A model generated the notes under the pieces. The model had not been told where the DNA came from and searched no databases. It saw nothing but the letters and a program-made list of their open reading frames with translations. Of a DNA stretch of 38,097 nt, positions 24,633 through 33,579 are shown one piece after another. The position numbers and the translations under genes are program-made. The stretch comes from a virus. Taxonomy: Duplodnaviria > Heunggongvirae > Uroviricota > Caudoviricetes. The DNA is taken from the IMG/VR virus record IMGVR_UViG_2778261087_000005, one strand, 5' to 3'. How positions within the stretch are numbered: position 1 is the stretch's first letter; the number at the start of each line of letters is the position of its first letter.

Positions 24633-25730
24633 ATGTTTGTATTCTCCAAGTCTATCGGTGAAAAGACCGGTAACCTCGCGGTTAACCAGGCGCAATGGCG
24701 CGCCCTTGAAGTTGAGCGAAACGCCAGCGCACAGGCTGCGGCTGATTTTCTGGCGCGCACTCAGTTCCGTGGCGATGCAGAAAATGCTCCTTATCTCGAC
24801 GCTGTGAACGCAGTTGACGATATCCGTCGCCTGTATCGCGCTTTCGACACAACTGTGCTTCAGCAGTTCGAGCCGAATACCGAGTTCACTCTGTTGAACG
24901 ATTTGATGCCGCTTTCTCGCTCCGTGCGAATAGAGCAGTCTCGTTACGATTATGCTCGTACCGGCGGTCGCGGCTGGGCTCATACGTCCATGTCCGGCCA
25001 GGTCGGTGCGGCGCTGGATGCTCGCAGCTATTCCTTCGATGGCACTATGGTGCCTATCCACGACTCGGGCTTTAAGTTCGAATGGCGTGATCCAATCTTC
25101 AATAGCCCGCAGGCATTGCAGTCGCAGTCGGATGCGCAGCGTGGATCCGTTGAAGACGTTCAGCGTCGTTACGTTGATTACATTTTCAACGGCTTCCGTG
25201 ACAAAGCTGGCAACTTCGCAGTCTTCGATGGCCTTACCTGGAAAGGATTGCGTGACGATGAGCGTGTAGCGCAGATCGACCTTGGGGCTTCCGGCCTAAA
25301 CATCGATTTCACCTCTGGCACAGCAACGTCAGAGGCAATCCGCGCTGGCGCAATCGCGCTGCGTGATCAGATGCGTCGCGTGAACAACCAGTATGCAGAG
25401 CAGACCTGGTACGTATCAGGTGAAATCATCTCCAACCTGGAGCGTTATTTCTCCGACAACTTCCAGTCAGGCACGATCATGGATGAAATTCTGAAACTGA
25501 CCGGTGTTGCGGCGATTAAAGAAGACAGCCAGCTGTCAGGTAACGAAATCGTCATCGTTCCACTGAGTGCAGGCGTCATCGCTCCAATCGTCGGGCAGGC
25601 TATCGGTACCGTTGCATCTCCGCGCCCGGAGTACAACAGCGACTACATCTGGCGCACCTGGGGTGCAATGGGGTTGATGGTCAAGCAGGACATCAACAAC
25701 AAATACTCCGTAATTCACGCATCAAGCTAA
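24633..25730 (+). CDS. Major capsid protein
   Basis: 365-aa ORF in the canonical position and size; family not verified. Confidence 0.65.
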   Translation: MFVFSKSIGEKTGNLAVNQAQWRALEVERNASAQAAADFLARTQFRGDAENAPYLDAVNAVDDIRRLYRAFDTTVLQQFEPNTEFTLLNDLMPLSRSVRIEQSRYDYARTGGRGWAHTSMSGQVGAALDARSYSFDGTMVPIHDSGFKFEWRDPIFNSPQALQSQSDAQRGSVEDVQRRYVDYIFNGFRDKAGNFAVFDGLTWKGLRDDERVAQIDLGASGLNIDFTSGTATSEAIRAGAIALRDQMRRVNNQYAEQTWYVSGEIISNLERYFSDNFQSGTIMDEILKLTGVAAIKEDSQLSGNEIVIVPLSAGVIAPIVGQAIGTVASPRPEYNSDYIWRTWGAMGLMVKQDINNKYSVIHASS

Positions 25731-25739
25731 GGATAAATC

Positions 25740-26105
25740 ATGGCACTGGTAGAAATCGTGACAAGTAATCTGCACGCCGGTGCCAACCTCCGCAAGCTGG
25801 AGGTTGGTTCCGTGGTAGAGGTAGACGATGAAACGGCAAAGCGCTGGATCAGCACTGGCAAGGCGAAGGACACTGACAAGAAGAAAGGCGAAAAGTTGGT
25901 GTTTGAGGTGGCAACGCCGTCAGCACCCACAGGTGATTTGTCTGACCTGCAAAAGCAACTCGCCGACGCATTGGAGCAGAACCAAAAGCAAATCGCCGAT
26001 GGTGAAGCAAAAGACAAGGCTCACGCCGACGCACTGGCAGCAGAAACCAAACGCGCTGACGAAGCCGAAGCAGCACTGGCGGAAGCAATCAAGAAGGCGA
26101 AATAA
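25740..26105 (+). CDS. Hypothetical head-module protein (Ala/Lys-rich C-terminus)
   Basis: 121-aa ORF. Confidence 0.5.
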   Translation: MALVEIVTSNLHAGANLRKLEVGSVVEVDDETAKRWISTGKAKDTDKKKGEKLVFEVATPSAPTGDLSDLQKQLADALEQNQKQIADGEAKDKAHADALAAETKRADEAEAALAEAIKKAK

Positions 26106-26107
26106 CC

Positions 26108-26488
26108 ATGGCTGACCCAATCACAGCGGCAGACGTGCAGGCGTTCCTCGGTGAATTGGGTTACTCCATCCCGGGTGCGCTGCTGGATCCGATCCTCTGC
26201 GTGGTGAACAAGATTATCCCGTGCCTCGATGGTGCTGGCTATGACGACTGCACTGCGAAGCTGATCTTGATGTACGCCGCCGCGCTTATGGCTACGTCGT
26301 CCGGCGCGCGCCGCATCAAATCGCAGGGTGCGCCTTCTGGCGCGTCCCGTTCGTTTGAGTATGGCGACGACAGTATCACTTGGTTGCGCGACTCGCTGGC
26401 CCGGCTAGATACCAGCGGCTGCACCGGTGAGTTGCCGATCAGCGCAGGTAATAGCGTCGGCCTGTTCATGGTGGTCGGGGGCTGCTGA
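26108..26488 (+). CDS. Putative head-tail connector protein
   Basis: 126-aa ORF; assignment from position. Confidence 0.45.
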   Translation: MADPITAADVQAFLGELGYSIPGALLDPILCVVNKIIPCLDGAGYDDCTAKLILMYAAALMATSSGARRIKSQGAPSGASRSFEYGDDSITWLRDSLARLDTSGCTGELPISAGNSVGLFMVVGGC

Positions 26489-26661
26489 TGACGTACAAAT
26501 CAGTTAAGCACGGGCTGCCGCGCTCGTTCACCCGCGTCTGGGTGATGACCGACACCGGGCGGGAGACTACCGGCTACGTGAAATCGGATGGCGAGTGGTT
26601 CATCAACTGCCCGCGCATCCGGGCGACTGGCGCGAAGGTGCTGAGCTGGAAGGAGGGCTGA
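26488..26661 (+). CDS. Small hypothetical protein (57 aa)
   Basis: ATGA overlaps at both ends (26486-26490 and 26659-26663); hand-translated. Confidence 0.4.
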   Translation: MTYKSVKHGLPRSFTRVWVMTDTGRETTGYVKSDGEWFINCPRIRATGAKVLSWKEG

Positions 26662-27011
26662 TGTCATCGGTAGCGAACTGGAGCTATACCGCCACGGCGA
26701 CCATCTGGCGCAAACTGGAAGGAAATGACGAATACGGCGATCCGCTTGGCTATGCCGAACCTGAGCAAATCCTCTGCGATTACGAGAGCGGGCTCAGTAA
26801 GAAGTTAGCCAGCCTGGGCGCTGAAATCGTCGTTAAGAACACCGTCTGGACAGAGTTCGCGCTGGCGGCCACGGGTGATTACCTGCTGATTGGCGCATCG
26901 ACCGAAGCGGACCCGGTTGTCGCCGGTGCCGACGAGGTGCGGCAGGTTATCCGTTATGCCGACACGTTTGAGCGCCTGGCGGATGACTACGCCATCCTGA
27001 CGGGAGTGTAG
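26661..27011 (+). CDS. Putative head-tail adaptor protein
   Basis: ATG 26661 coupled to the upstream stop; the track ORF 26595..27011 is a longer alternative. Confidence 0.5.
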   Translation: MSSVANWSYTATATIWRKLEGNDEYGDPLGYAEPEQILCDYESGLSKKLASLGAEIVVKNTVWTEFALAATGDYLLIGASTEADPVVAGADEVRQVIRYADTFERLADDYAILTGV

Positions 27012-27013
27012 CC

Positions 27014-27382
27014 ATGGGCATAAAAGTACGCGGTGTTAAGAAGTCGAAAGCCGGGCTCAATCGCATCATTAACGACGTGAAAGGGCGAAAGGTCGCCAGG
27101 GCGCTACAGTCAGTAATGATAATTGGCAGCTCCCAGGCCGCGCTTTATACGCCGATCGACACCTCAACGCTGCTTAATAGCCAGTATCGGGAGTTGATTA
27201 ACAACGGTATTCGACTGACAGGTCGTGTTGGATACACGGCGAACTACGCTGTTTTCGTTCACGACCCTAACGTTTCGCAAACCTTCCGCCGCGCCACAGC
27301 GCAGAAAGAGTTCCTCACTAAAGGCTTTGAAGACACCCGCAGCCAGATTGATGCCGTAATGCGCAAGGAGCTTTCAGTATGA
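27014..27382 (+). CDS. Tail completion protein (HK97 gp10-like)
   Basis: 122-aa ORF; family recalled from sequence style and position. Confidence 0.5.
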   Translation: MGIKVRGVKKSKAGLNRIINDVKGRKVARALQSVMIIGSSQAALYTPIDTSTLLNSQYRELINNGIRLTGRVGYTANYAVFVHDPNVSQTFRRATAQKEFLTKGFEDTRSQIDAVMRKELSV

Positions 27383-27762
27383 CACCTGCCATGTATGAGC
27401 GCGTGCGTAACTACTTCGTTGATGCCGGGCTTACCACTGGCTTCATTGTTCAGTTGCTGGCATGGGACGACACAACGAAGTTAACCGACGCATTCATCGT
27501 GTTCCGGCCTAACGGCGGTACCGACATCCGAAATGACCTCGGATCTGACCACTACGTGCTGGTGGATGTCATTTCCGCCAAGGATAAGCGTCGAGCAGCC
27601 GCTGAGAAGGCTCAGGAAATCATCAATTATGTCGAACAGAACGACATTACCGACGAATGCCTTGGGCTGATTCAAAACCTCGGCAATGTGCCTGCACCTA
27701 TCCTGACTGAAGAGGGCCGCCTGGTCTTCCGACTCCATTTCATGTGCGTTTACGGCGAATAA
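27379..27762 (+). CDS. Tail terminator-like protein
   Basis: 127-aa ORF immediately before the major tail gene. Confidence 0.5.
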   Translation: MTPAMYERVRNYFVDAGLTTGFIVQLLAWDDTTKLTDAFIVFRPNGGTDIRNDLGSDHYVLVDVISAKDKRRAAAEKAQEIINYVEQNDITDECLGLIQNLGNVPAPILTEEGRLVFRLHFMCVYGE

Positions 27763-27781
27763 ACCCATCACCAACCCATCA

Positions 27782-27805
27782 GGCTGCCATCCGGCGGCCT
27801 TTTTT
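27782..27805 (+). terminator. Intrinsic terminator
   Basis: GGCUGCC-aucc-GGCGGCC (one G-U pair) followed by UUUUUU. Confidence 0.65.
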
Positions 27806-27820
27806 ATTTGAGAGGTACAC

Positions 27821-28576
27821 ATGCAAGGCTGTGTTAATGATTTTGGCAAGCTGATCGGGAAAGTAGCTGTGCTACGCATGGCCTTTGGCTGCCCCGACAC
27901 AGTGCCAGCGCTTTCCGAGTGGAAGCGTCTCGGCGCTATGACGACTAAGGGTCTCGATTATTCGATGAACACCATCAACTCCGAGGCAGATGATGCTAAA
28001 GGGCTGGTGGAGAACCTGGTCAACAACATGGATCTGACGATCTCCGGCGAAGGGGAGTTTCGCAAGTCTGATAAAGATAACGAGATTGGCGCATGGCGTC
28101 TGTCGAAGTACATCTTTGACGAAGTACAGGCTGGCCGTCAGCCTAATCTGTGGGTGCGTTTCGACTTCGCGGGTGAGAACGCCGGTACTTATATCCAGGG
28201 TTACATGAACACCACTTCATGGTCTGGTGACTTCGGTACCAACGATATCTCAACTTTCTCCGGCGAGTGGAAGGTCTACGACGCCGACACTGTCGTGTTT
28301 GAAGTCGCTGATTCTATCGCGGCCACTGGCGTTGAAGTTACCCCTGCAACTGCATCTCTGGTCGTTGGCTCAACCCAACAACTCAGCGGCGCGGTTCAAC
28401 CAACCGATGCGACTAACAAGGCGATCACCTGGACTACTTCGGCGCCATCCATCGCCACTGTCAGTTCAACCGGCCTGGTGACAGCAGTTGCCGAGGGCAC
28501 CGCGACTATTACGGCTACCACTGCTGACGGTAATTTCGCCGACACCTGTGCAGTTACCGTTACTGCCGCGCCGTAA
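27821..28576 (+). CDS. Major tail protein with C-terminal Ig-like (Big_2-type) domain
   Basis: 251 aa; C-terminal Thr/Ala/Val-rich segment (VTPATASLVVGSTQQLSG...ITWTTSAPSIATVSSTGLVTAV) typical of Ig-like domains on lambda gpV-type tail tubes. Confidence 0.7.
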   Translation: MQGCVNDFGKLIGKVAVLRMAFGCPDTVPALSEWKRLGAMTTKGLDYSMNTINSEADDAKGLVENLVNNMDLTISGEGEFRKSDKDNEIGAWRLSKYIFDEVQAGRQPNLWVRFDFAGENAGTYIQGYMNTTSWSGDFGTNDISTFSGEWKVYDADTVVFEVADSIAATGVEVTPATASLVVGSTQQLSGAVQPTDATNKAITWTTSAPSIATVSSTGLVTAVAEGTATITATTADGNFADTCAVTVTAAP

Positions 28577-28626
28577 TCACTACAAAGGGCGGCGTGCTGC
28601 CCTTGATACTGGTTATGGAGAACGAT

Positions 28627-29352
28627 ATGACACCTTTGAAAGAAATTGGCGAGTGCCTGATTGGTACTGGAGACAGTGAATACTTCTTCCGCCCATCATT
28701 CCGTAACATGACTCGGATCGGCGAACCAGAACATATCGTCCGCACCTTCTATGCGCTGTTCAATGAGGATGTGGCAAAGATGCTTGAAGCGGCGCGCGAA
28801 ATTCACAGTGCGATACCAGAGCATCAGCGCAGATTTTACGCCCACTATTTCGGTGACGTTTCGCTGCCACGCTGGGCACTTGATGCAGCAGGCTCTGCCG
28901 CGTTTGTGCGTGATGCATTACTCTCGGCTATTAACGTCATTCAGTCCTGCTGTGACGAGGACGTTTCTGAACTGACAGGATGGCATGAGCCATCACGCAC
29001 TGGACGGCGAACGTTTGTATGGCGCCGTGGCGCGCTGCCGCCGGAGAACCTTATTCTGATAGCTCAGTCGCTGATCATGCATGGCGTTATCGGACGGGCG
29101 AAGGTTCGTAAGTTGCAAAAGCACGAAAGCAAGGAAACGACACCGGAGTTCCATGCAACTGAATACATCATGGCGGCGCGAAACCATTTTGGGATCAGCA
29201 GGGAAGAGGCTGAAAACCTTACCATGACCGAATTCGCCATGATGCTTAACGCCAAATACCCTGACCAGAAAGGCTTCACCAGGGAAGAGTACGACGCGGT
29301 TATGGACGATGATGAACGTCGTTGGCAGGAAATGATGAAACGCGAAAATTAA
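28627..29352 (+). CDS. Tail assembly chaperone (G/GT position)
   Basis: ATG 28627 with SD GGAG; lies between the major tail and tape measure genes; no frameshift partner identified. Confidence 0.5.
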   Translation: MTPLKEIGECLIGTGDSEYFFRPSFRNMTRIGEPEHIVRTFYALFNEDVAKMLEAAREIHSAIPEHQRRFYAHYFGDVSLPRWALDAAGSAAFVRDALLSAINVIQSCCDEDVSELTGWHEPSRTGRRTFVWRRGALPPENLILIAQSLIMHGVIGRAKVRKLQKHESKETTPEFHATEYIMAARNHFGISREEAENLTMTEFAMMLNAKYPDQKGFTREEYDAVMDDDERRWQEMMKREN

Positions 29353-29457
29353 AAAAAAGCTATATAGCCATTTTTAGTAGGGGGGATTTGGAGTAGTTCT
29401 ATGATCGTTTTCATCTCTATCTGGTAGCATCCTTTCGAACTAATAGGAGATGTGAAA

Positions 29458-29817
29458 ATGAAAAAAGTCTTTATCCTTGGATTGGGTTTATTATCTTTCT
29501 ATGTCAGTGCCTCTGAATTTTCTGAGCAGGATTTAATCGAGTTAGGAAAAAAAGAAATCCGGACTGAAATCTCATTGCCAACATCTTTTTCACAGGAAAA
29601 ATTTATTCCTGATACTCGTGACAATCCATCTTCTCGAAGTGGAAATGTTTGCCTTAAAGTCTCTGGAAGAAAGAATGACGGAACTGCAATGGATCTAGCT
29701 GTCTACGGAGTGCACATAGCCACAAAAGGTGAACAAGCTACTTTTGGTGAAATTTTTAAATTTATTGGCGAATCTGAAATGCAAAGTTCAGAAGCCAAAG
29801 AATCTTGCAAATTTTAA
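29458..29817 (+). CDS. Secreted hypothetical protein (AT-rich cargo gene before the tape measure gene)
   Basis: ATG 29458 with SD AGGAGA; classic Sec signal peptide MKKVFILGLGLLSFYVSAS/E; AT-rich; own terminator. Confidence 0.65.
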   Translation: MKKVFILGLGLLSFYVSASEFSEQDLIELGKKEIRTEISLPTSFSQEKFIPDTRDNPSSRSGNVCLKVSGRKNDGTAMDLAVYGVHIATKGEQATFGEIFKFIGESEMQSSEAKESCKF

Positions 29818-29867
29818 ATTCGCCATGATGTTATAATACCTCAACATCATTGGATTTCATTAATGAA

Positions 29868-29888
29868 CCCGCTACGGCGGGTTTTTTT
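29868..29888 (+). terminator. Intrinsic terminator
   Basis: CCCGC-uacg-GCGGG followed by UUUUUUU. Confidence 0.7.
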
Positions 29889-29905
29889 ATGCCCGGAGAA
29901 AAGTG

Positions 29906-32233
29906 ATGTCTGAAAAAGCAGGCGAGATTTATTACGACATCGAGGCCGATGTTTCTGGCTTGCTCAAGGCGCAGGGAAAGGCTAATAAGTCGCTCGACTC
30001 CATCGGCAACTCGGCGACCAATGCAGCCAAAAAGATGGGTGAGTTGCAGACGAATATCAACCGCGTCGCAGGGGCTATTGCCGCATCACTTGTTGTTGAC
30101 TGGGGTAAGGCGTTTCTCGTTGCTGCTGACAACATGAGCCAGCTCAACGCGCGTATAGAGAGGCTTACTGGTAGCGCAGCGACAGCCTCTCAGACAATGC
30201 AGAGCCTGATGCGTATCAGTTCGGCAACTGGCGGTTCTCTTCAGGACACTGCGAAGCTGTGGGAAACTCTCAGCACGGCGTTGCGCGATACCGGCGCGAC
30301 GAACGGCCAGATCATTCAGCTCACCGAAACACTTCAGAAAATCGGGCGTATTGGTGGATCCTCATCCGAGGAAATGGCGAATGCGCTCCGTCAGTTCGGC
30401 CAGTCCATATCCTCGGGCACTATCCGTGCTGAGGAGTTCAACTCCATCCTTGAGCAAATGCCAGAACTGGCGCGGCAGATCGCCGCCGGGATGGGTGTAA
30501 GCATTGGAGAACTTCGCCAGCTGATGCTGGACGGGAAACTGACGGCAGAAGAAGCCCTCAACGCTATTCAGAAGCAAACCGGATCAGTCAACGCTGAGTT
30601 CGAGAAACTCCCGCGTACGCTTTCACAGGCTAATACCGCGCTGACAAACTCATTCCTGTCGATGATCGATTCAGTTAACCAGGCAACAGGTGCGAGTAAC
30701 GGCCTGGTGGCAGTTATCGATTCAATGACAGCTGCGCTCGACAGACTGGTTGGTAAGGCAATCTCAGCGGATGCGCAGATTTCAGATCTGAACAGCACGG
30801 CAGAAATGTTTACCCGCCGGGCCCGGACCTGGTCATGGCTGGGGCTTGATGGTTGGGAGGCACAAAACAAAGCGCTGGCTGGGCTGAGCAATAAAGCCGC
30901 GATTCTGGTTGGCGACCTGGCGGCTGTAACCAAAGAATCACAGGCCGCCGCCAACACCAAGCCGATCGAGATAAAAACCACGGCAACGACCACCGGGAGC
31001 AAGTCGAAAGGTGGAGCGTCAGCCGCTAAGAAAGAAGCGGATCAATACGCTAAAGCGCAGGAAACCGTTAACCAAAAACTGGATGAGTTGCGGCAGAAGG
31101 CCGAGCTGTCAGCGGGGAGTGTTGGCGAGTTATCGCGAGCGCAGGCCGTGCTTAATGCACAGCAGTCTCTCGGTAATACCGCCACGCAGGAGCAAATCAT
31201 GCTGGCCGGTCAACTGGCAGGTAAAGCCTGGGACAATGCCAACGCATTGCGTGAGCAGGCCAAGGCTGAACGGGAGCGCACAGAGACTGCCAATAAGTTC
31301 AGCACAATCCAGGGGAAAACCAGCAAAACAGCCGGCCTGGATAGCCAGTACCAGAAAGACATTGCTGACATCCAGCTTTACGCCCAACTTTACCCGCAGA
31401 AGATCGGGGAGGCTGAGGCAGCGCGTGCCGCTATCGAGCAGCAGTATCGTGATCAGCGTAACGCTGCAATGTGGGAAGAATGGGCGCAACAGAACGCGGC
31501 CACTCAGGCAGCGGCAGCGGCTTTCGACTCTCTTGGTTCGGTGGCCAGCAATGCGCTGACTGGCATTGTCACCGGAAGTATGTCGGCCAGCGATGCGATG
31601 CGCAGTATCGGTATGACCGTGCTGAACAGCGTTGTTAACTCGTTCGTTCAGATGGGCATTGAGTGGGTTAAGTCGGCCATTATGGGCCAGACGGCCACTA
31701 CCGCGGCGGTTGCAGCATCCACCACGGCGCAGGCAGCAGGCATCGCAACCACGACAGCTACTTCGACGGCAGCGGCAGCGGCTACTACGGCGGCATGGAC
31801 TCCTGCGGCCATCATGTCCTCCGTGGCTTCATTCGGTGGCGCTGTTGCTATTGGTCTTGGCGCGATGGCTGGCATCCTGGCATTGTCTGGCAAGCGCAAG
31901 AATGGCGGCCCGGTGAGTGCAGGCGGAATGTATCAGGTCGGCGAAGGGGGCATGCCTGAGATTTACCAGGCCAGCACCGGTAAGCAGTACATGATTCCTG
32001 GTGATAACGGTCGGTTGATCAGCAATAAGGACATTACTGCCGGGGGAGGTGGAGGGGTGGTAATCAACATCCAGAACTACACGTCATCCTCTGTCGATGC
32101 GCAGGCCGGTACGGATGCTAATGGTGGCGTGACTGTGGATGTGATCGTCGCTGACCTGAATAACGGTGGGCCCATCAGTAACGCCATTACCAGCAACATG
32201 AACGTTAAACGAACGCCGAGGGGGCAGGGCTGA
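29906..32233 (+). CDS. Tail tape measure protein
   Basis: About 775 aa; long helical Ala/Gln-rich protein with a Gly-rich C-terminal region; SD GGAG 7 nt upstream of ATG 29906. Confidence 0.85.
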   Translation: MSEKAGEIYYDIEADVSGLLKAQGKANKSLDSIGNSATNAAKKMGELQTNINRVAGAIAASLVVDWGKAFLVAADNMSQLNARIERLTGSAATASQTMQSLMRISSATGGSLQDTAKLWETLSTALRDTGATNGQIIQLTETLQKIGRIGGSSSEEMANALRQFGQSISSGTIRAEEFNSILEQMPELARQIAAGMGVSIGELRQLMLDGKLTAEEALNAIQKQTGSVNAEFEKLPRTLSQANTALTNSFLSMIDSVNQATGASNGLVAVIDSMTAALDRLVGKAISADAQISDLNSTAEMFTRRARTWSWLGLDGWEAQNKALAGLSNKAAILVGDLAAVTKESQAAANTKPIEIKTTATTTGSKSKGGASAAKKEADQYAKAQETVNQKLDELRQKAELSAGSVGELSRAQAVLNAQQSLGNTATQEQIMLAGQLAGKAWDNANALREQAKAERERTETANKFSTIQGKTSKTAGLDSQYQKDIADIQLYAQLYPQKIGEAEAARAAIEQQYRDQRNAAMWEEWAQQNAATQAAAAAFDSLGSVASNALTGIVTGSMSASDAMRSIGMTVLNSVVNSFVQMGIEWVKSAIMGQTATTAAVAASTTAQAAGIATTTATSTAAAAATTAAWTPAAIMSSVASFGGAVAIGLGAMAGILALSGKRKNGGPVSAGGMYQVGEGGMPEIYQASTGKQYMIPGDNGRLISNKDITAGGGGGVVINIQNYTSSSVDAQAGTDANGGVTVDVIVADLNNGGPISNAITSNMNVKRTPRGQG

Positions 32234-32730
32234 TGCCAATTATCGACTATCCCGACTGGCTGCCGCTGGCTCAGAAGGCCAGCAAAAACATGACTCTCGA
32301 TACCGGGTTCCAGACCGATCAGCCAGCGGTCGGCCCGGCAATCTTCGAGAATCAAACCGACGACCTGAAAGTGACCTGGTCACTGACGTGGATCTTCACT
32401 CTGGCGCAGGAACGCGCTTTCCAGCAGTGGCTACGCAGCCCGAACTATCTCAACCGGGGCCTGAACTGGTTCCGGATGAATATCAATCTTGGCGGCAGTG
32501 GCCTGCAATTGCAGGAGCTTCACTTCACGCAGATGCCAGTGCAAACCAGTATCGACGGCGGGGTGGTAACCTGGACGGGAACCGTAATTGCCAACCATCT
32601 GTATAACGCCGACGATGAGTTCGACGACATCATTGTTGAGCTGCCGCCGCCGTGGGATTCGTGGCTGGATATCGTGGTTACGGGTTATCCGGATGGGCGC
32701 GATCCGGAAAGTCTTCCGAGGGTTCCCTGA
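32233..32730 (+). CDS. Minor tail protein
   Basis: 165 aa; ATG overlaps the tape measure stop (TGATG). Confidence 0.55.
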   Translation: MPIIDYPDWLPLAQKASKNMTLDTGFQTDQPAVGPAIFENQTDDLKVTWSLTWIFTLAQERAFQQWLRSPNYLNRGLNWFRMNINLGGSGLQLQELHFTQMPVQTSIDGGVVTWTGTVIANHLYNADDEFDDIIVELPPPWDSWLDIVVTGYPDGRDPESLPRVP

Positions 32731-33200
32731 TGCCATCATTCCGTCAATATAAGCAGCAACGGCCGACGCGCGGACTGTACGACACCATTACGTTCTACCA
32801 TCCATCCTTTGGCTACGTCCGCCTGGTCGATAAGCAGTTCTTCCCGAAGACGCTCGGCGGGCAGACGTACACGCCAGCGCGCTTTGAAATCGAAGAGAGT
32901 CAGCAGAGCGGTACTCCGGTGATAGACGCGACGGTGAAGTTAGGGCGGCTGTCGTCGGACATCAAAGCTCTGATGAAGCAGTGGAAGGGGGCGGCCCGGC
33001 TGACGGCCATCACGGCCACAAGGCAGATCTTCGATAGCGGGGACGTGTCTGTGCCGATTAAGTCCTGGCAGTTATACGTCAAGACAGTGGACATCGACGC
33101 TGACTCCGCGTCAGTAACCCTGTCCGTCACCAACCCGCTGAACAACAACATCGGAAGGCTCTATGACCCAACGGAATATACCGGCCTGCAGTACCTCTGA
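32730..33200 (+). CDS. Minor tail protein
   Basis: 156 aa from ATG 32730, which overlaps the upstream stop (TGATG). Confidence 0.55.
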   Translation: MPSFRQYKQQRPTRGLYDTITFYHPSFGYVRLVDKQFFPKTLGGQTYTPARFEIEESQQSGTPVIDATVKLGRLSSDIKALMKQWKGAARLTAITATRQIFDSGDVSVPIKSWQLYVKTVDIDADSASVTLSVTNPLNNNIGRLYDPTEYTGLQYL

Positions 33201-33579
33201 TTTTGTTTGGAAGGTGATCGGCTTGCCGTGGTCTAACCGGGCCTGCTCTTTCGAGGAGGTCGATTGTTGGGGCCTGGTGGTGCTGTATTACCGGCACGTT
33301 CTCGGCATTGAACTGCACCAGACGCCGGACTACGAAGCCGGTGAGGACTTCTTCACCTGCTACCAGGGTGATGTCGTTTTCTGGCGCCCGGTCGACAAGC
33401 CAGTCGAGGGAGGGATATTCGTCGGGTACCGCGGCGCGCAACCGGCACACGTTGGCTTGGTGCTGAACCGAAAAGCCATTCATGCGCGCGGGGAAAACGG
33501 CAGCGTGAAAGAAGATTCGTTGCTGGTCATTCGGCGTGCATTCACCAAAGTGGAGTTTTTCGAATATGGCGCTGGTTGA
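33163..33579 (+). CDS. Tail-associated NlpC/P60-family peptidase (lambda gpK C-domain-like)
   Basis: 138 aa; DCWGLV cysteine motif and downstream His residues consistent with NlpC/P60; SD GGAAGG 4 nt upstream of ATG 33163. Confidence 0.6.
   Translation: MTQRNIPACSTSDFVWKVIGLPWSNRACSFEEVDCWGLVVLYYRHVLGIELHQTPDYEAGEDFFTCYQGDVVFWRPVDKPVEGGIFVGYRGAQPAHVGLVLNRKAIHARGENGSVKEDSLLVIRRAFTKVEFFEYGAG

Noticed and set aside
28627-29352. Programmed -1 frameshift (G/GT-type) in the tail chaperone
   Set aside because: No downstream overlapping ORF of suitable length or obvious slippery heptamer seen by eye; not excluded without a dedicated scan.
30568-31559. Minus- and plus-strand ORFs inside the tape measure gene (144 aa, 182 aa, 119 aa)
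   Set aside because: Alternative frames of a long GC-rich structural gene; no independent start signals.
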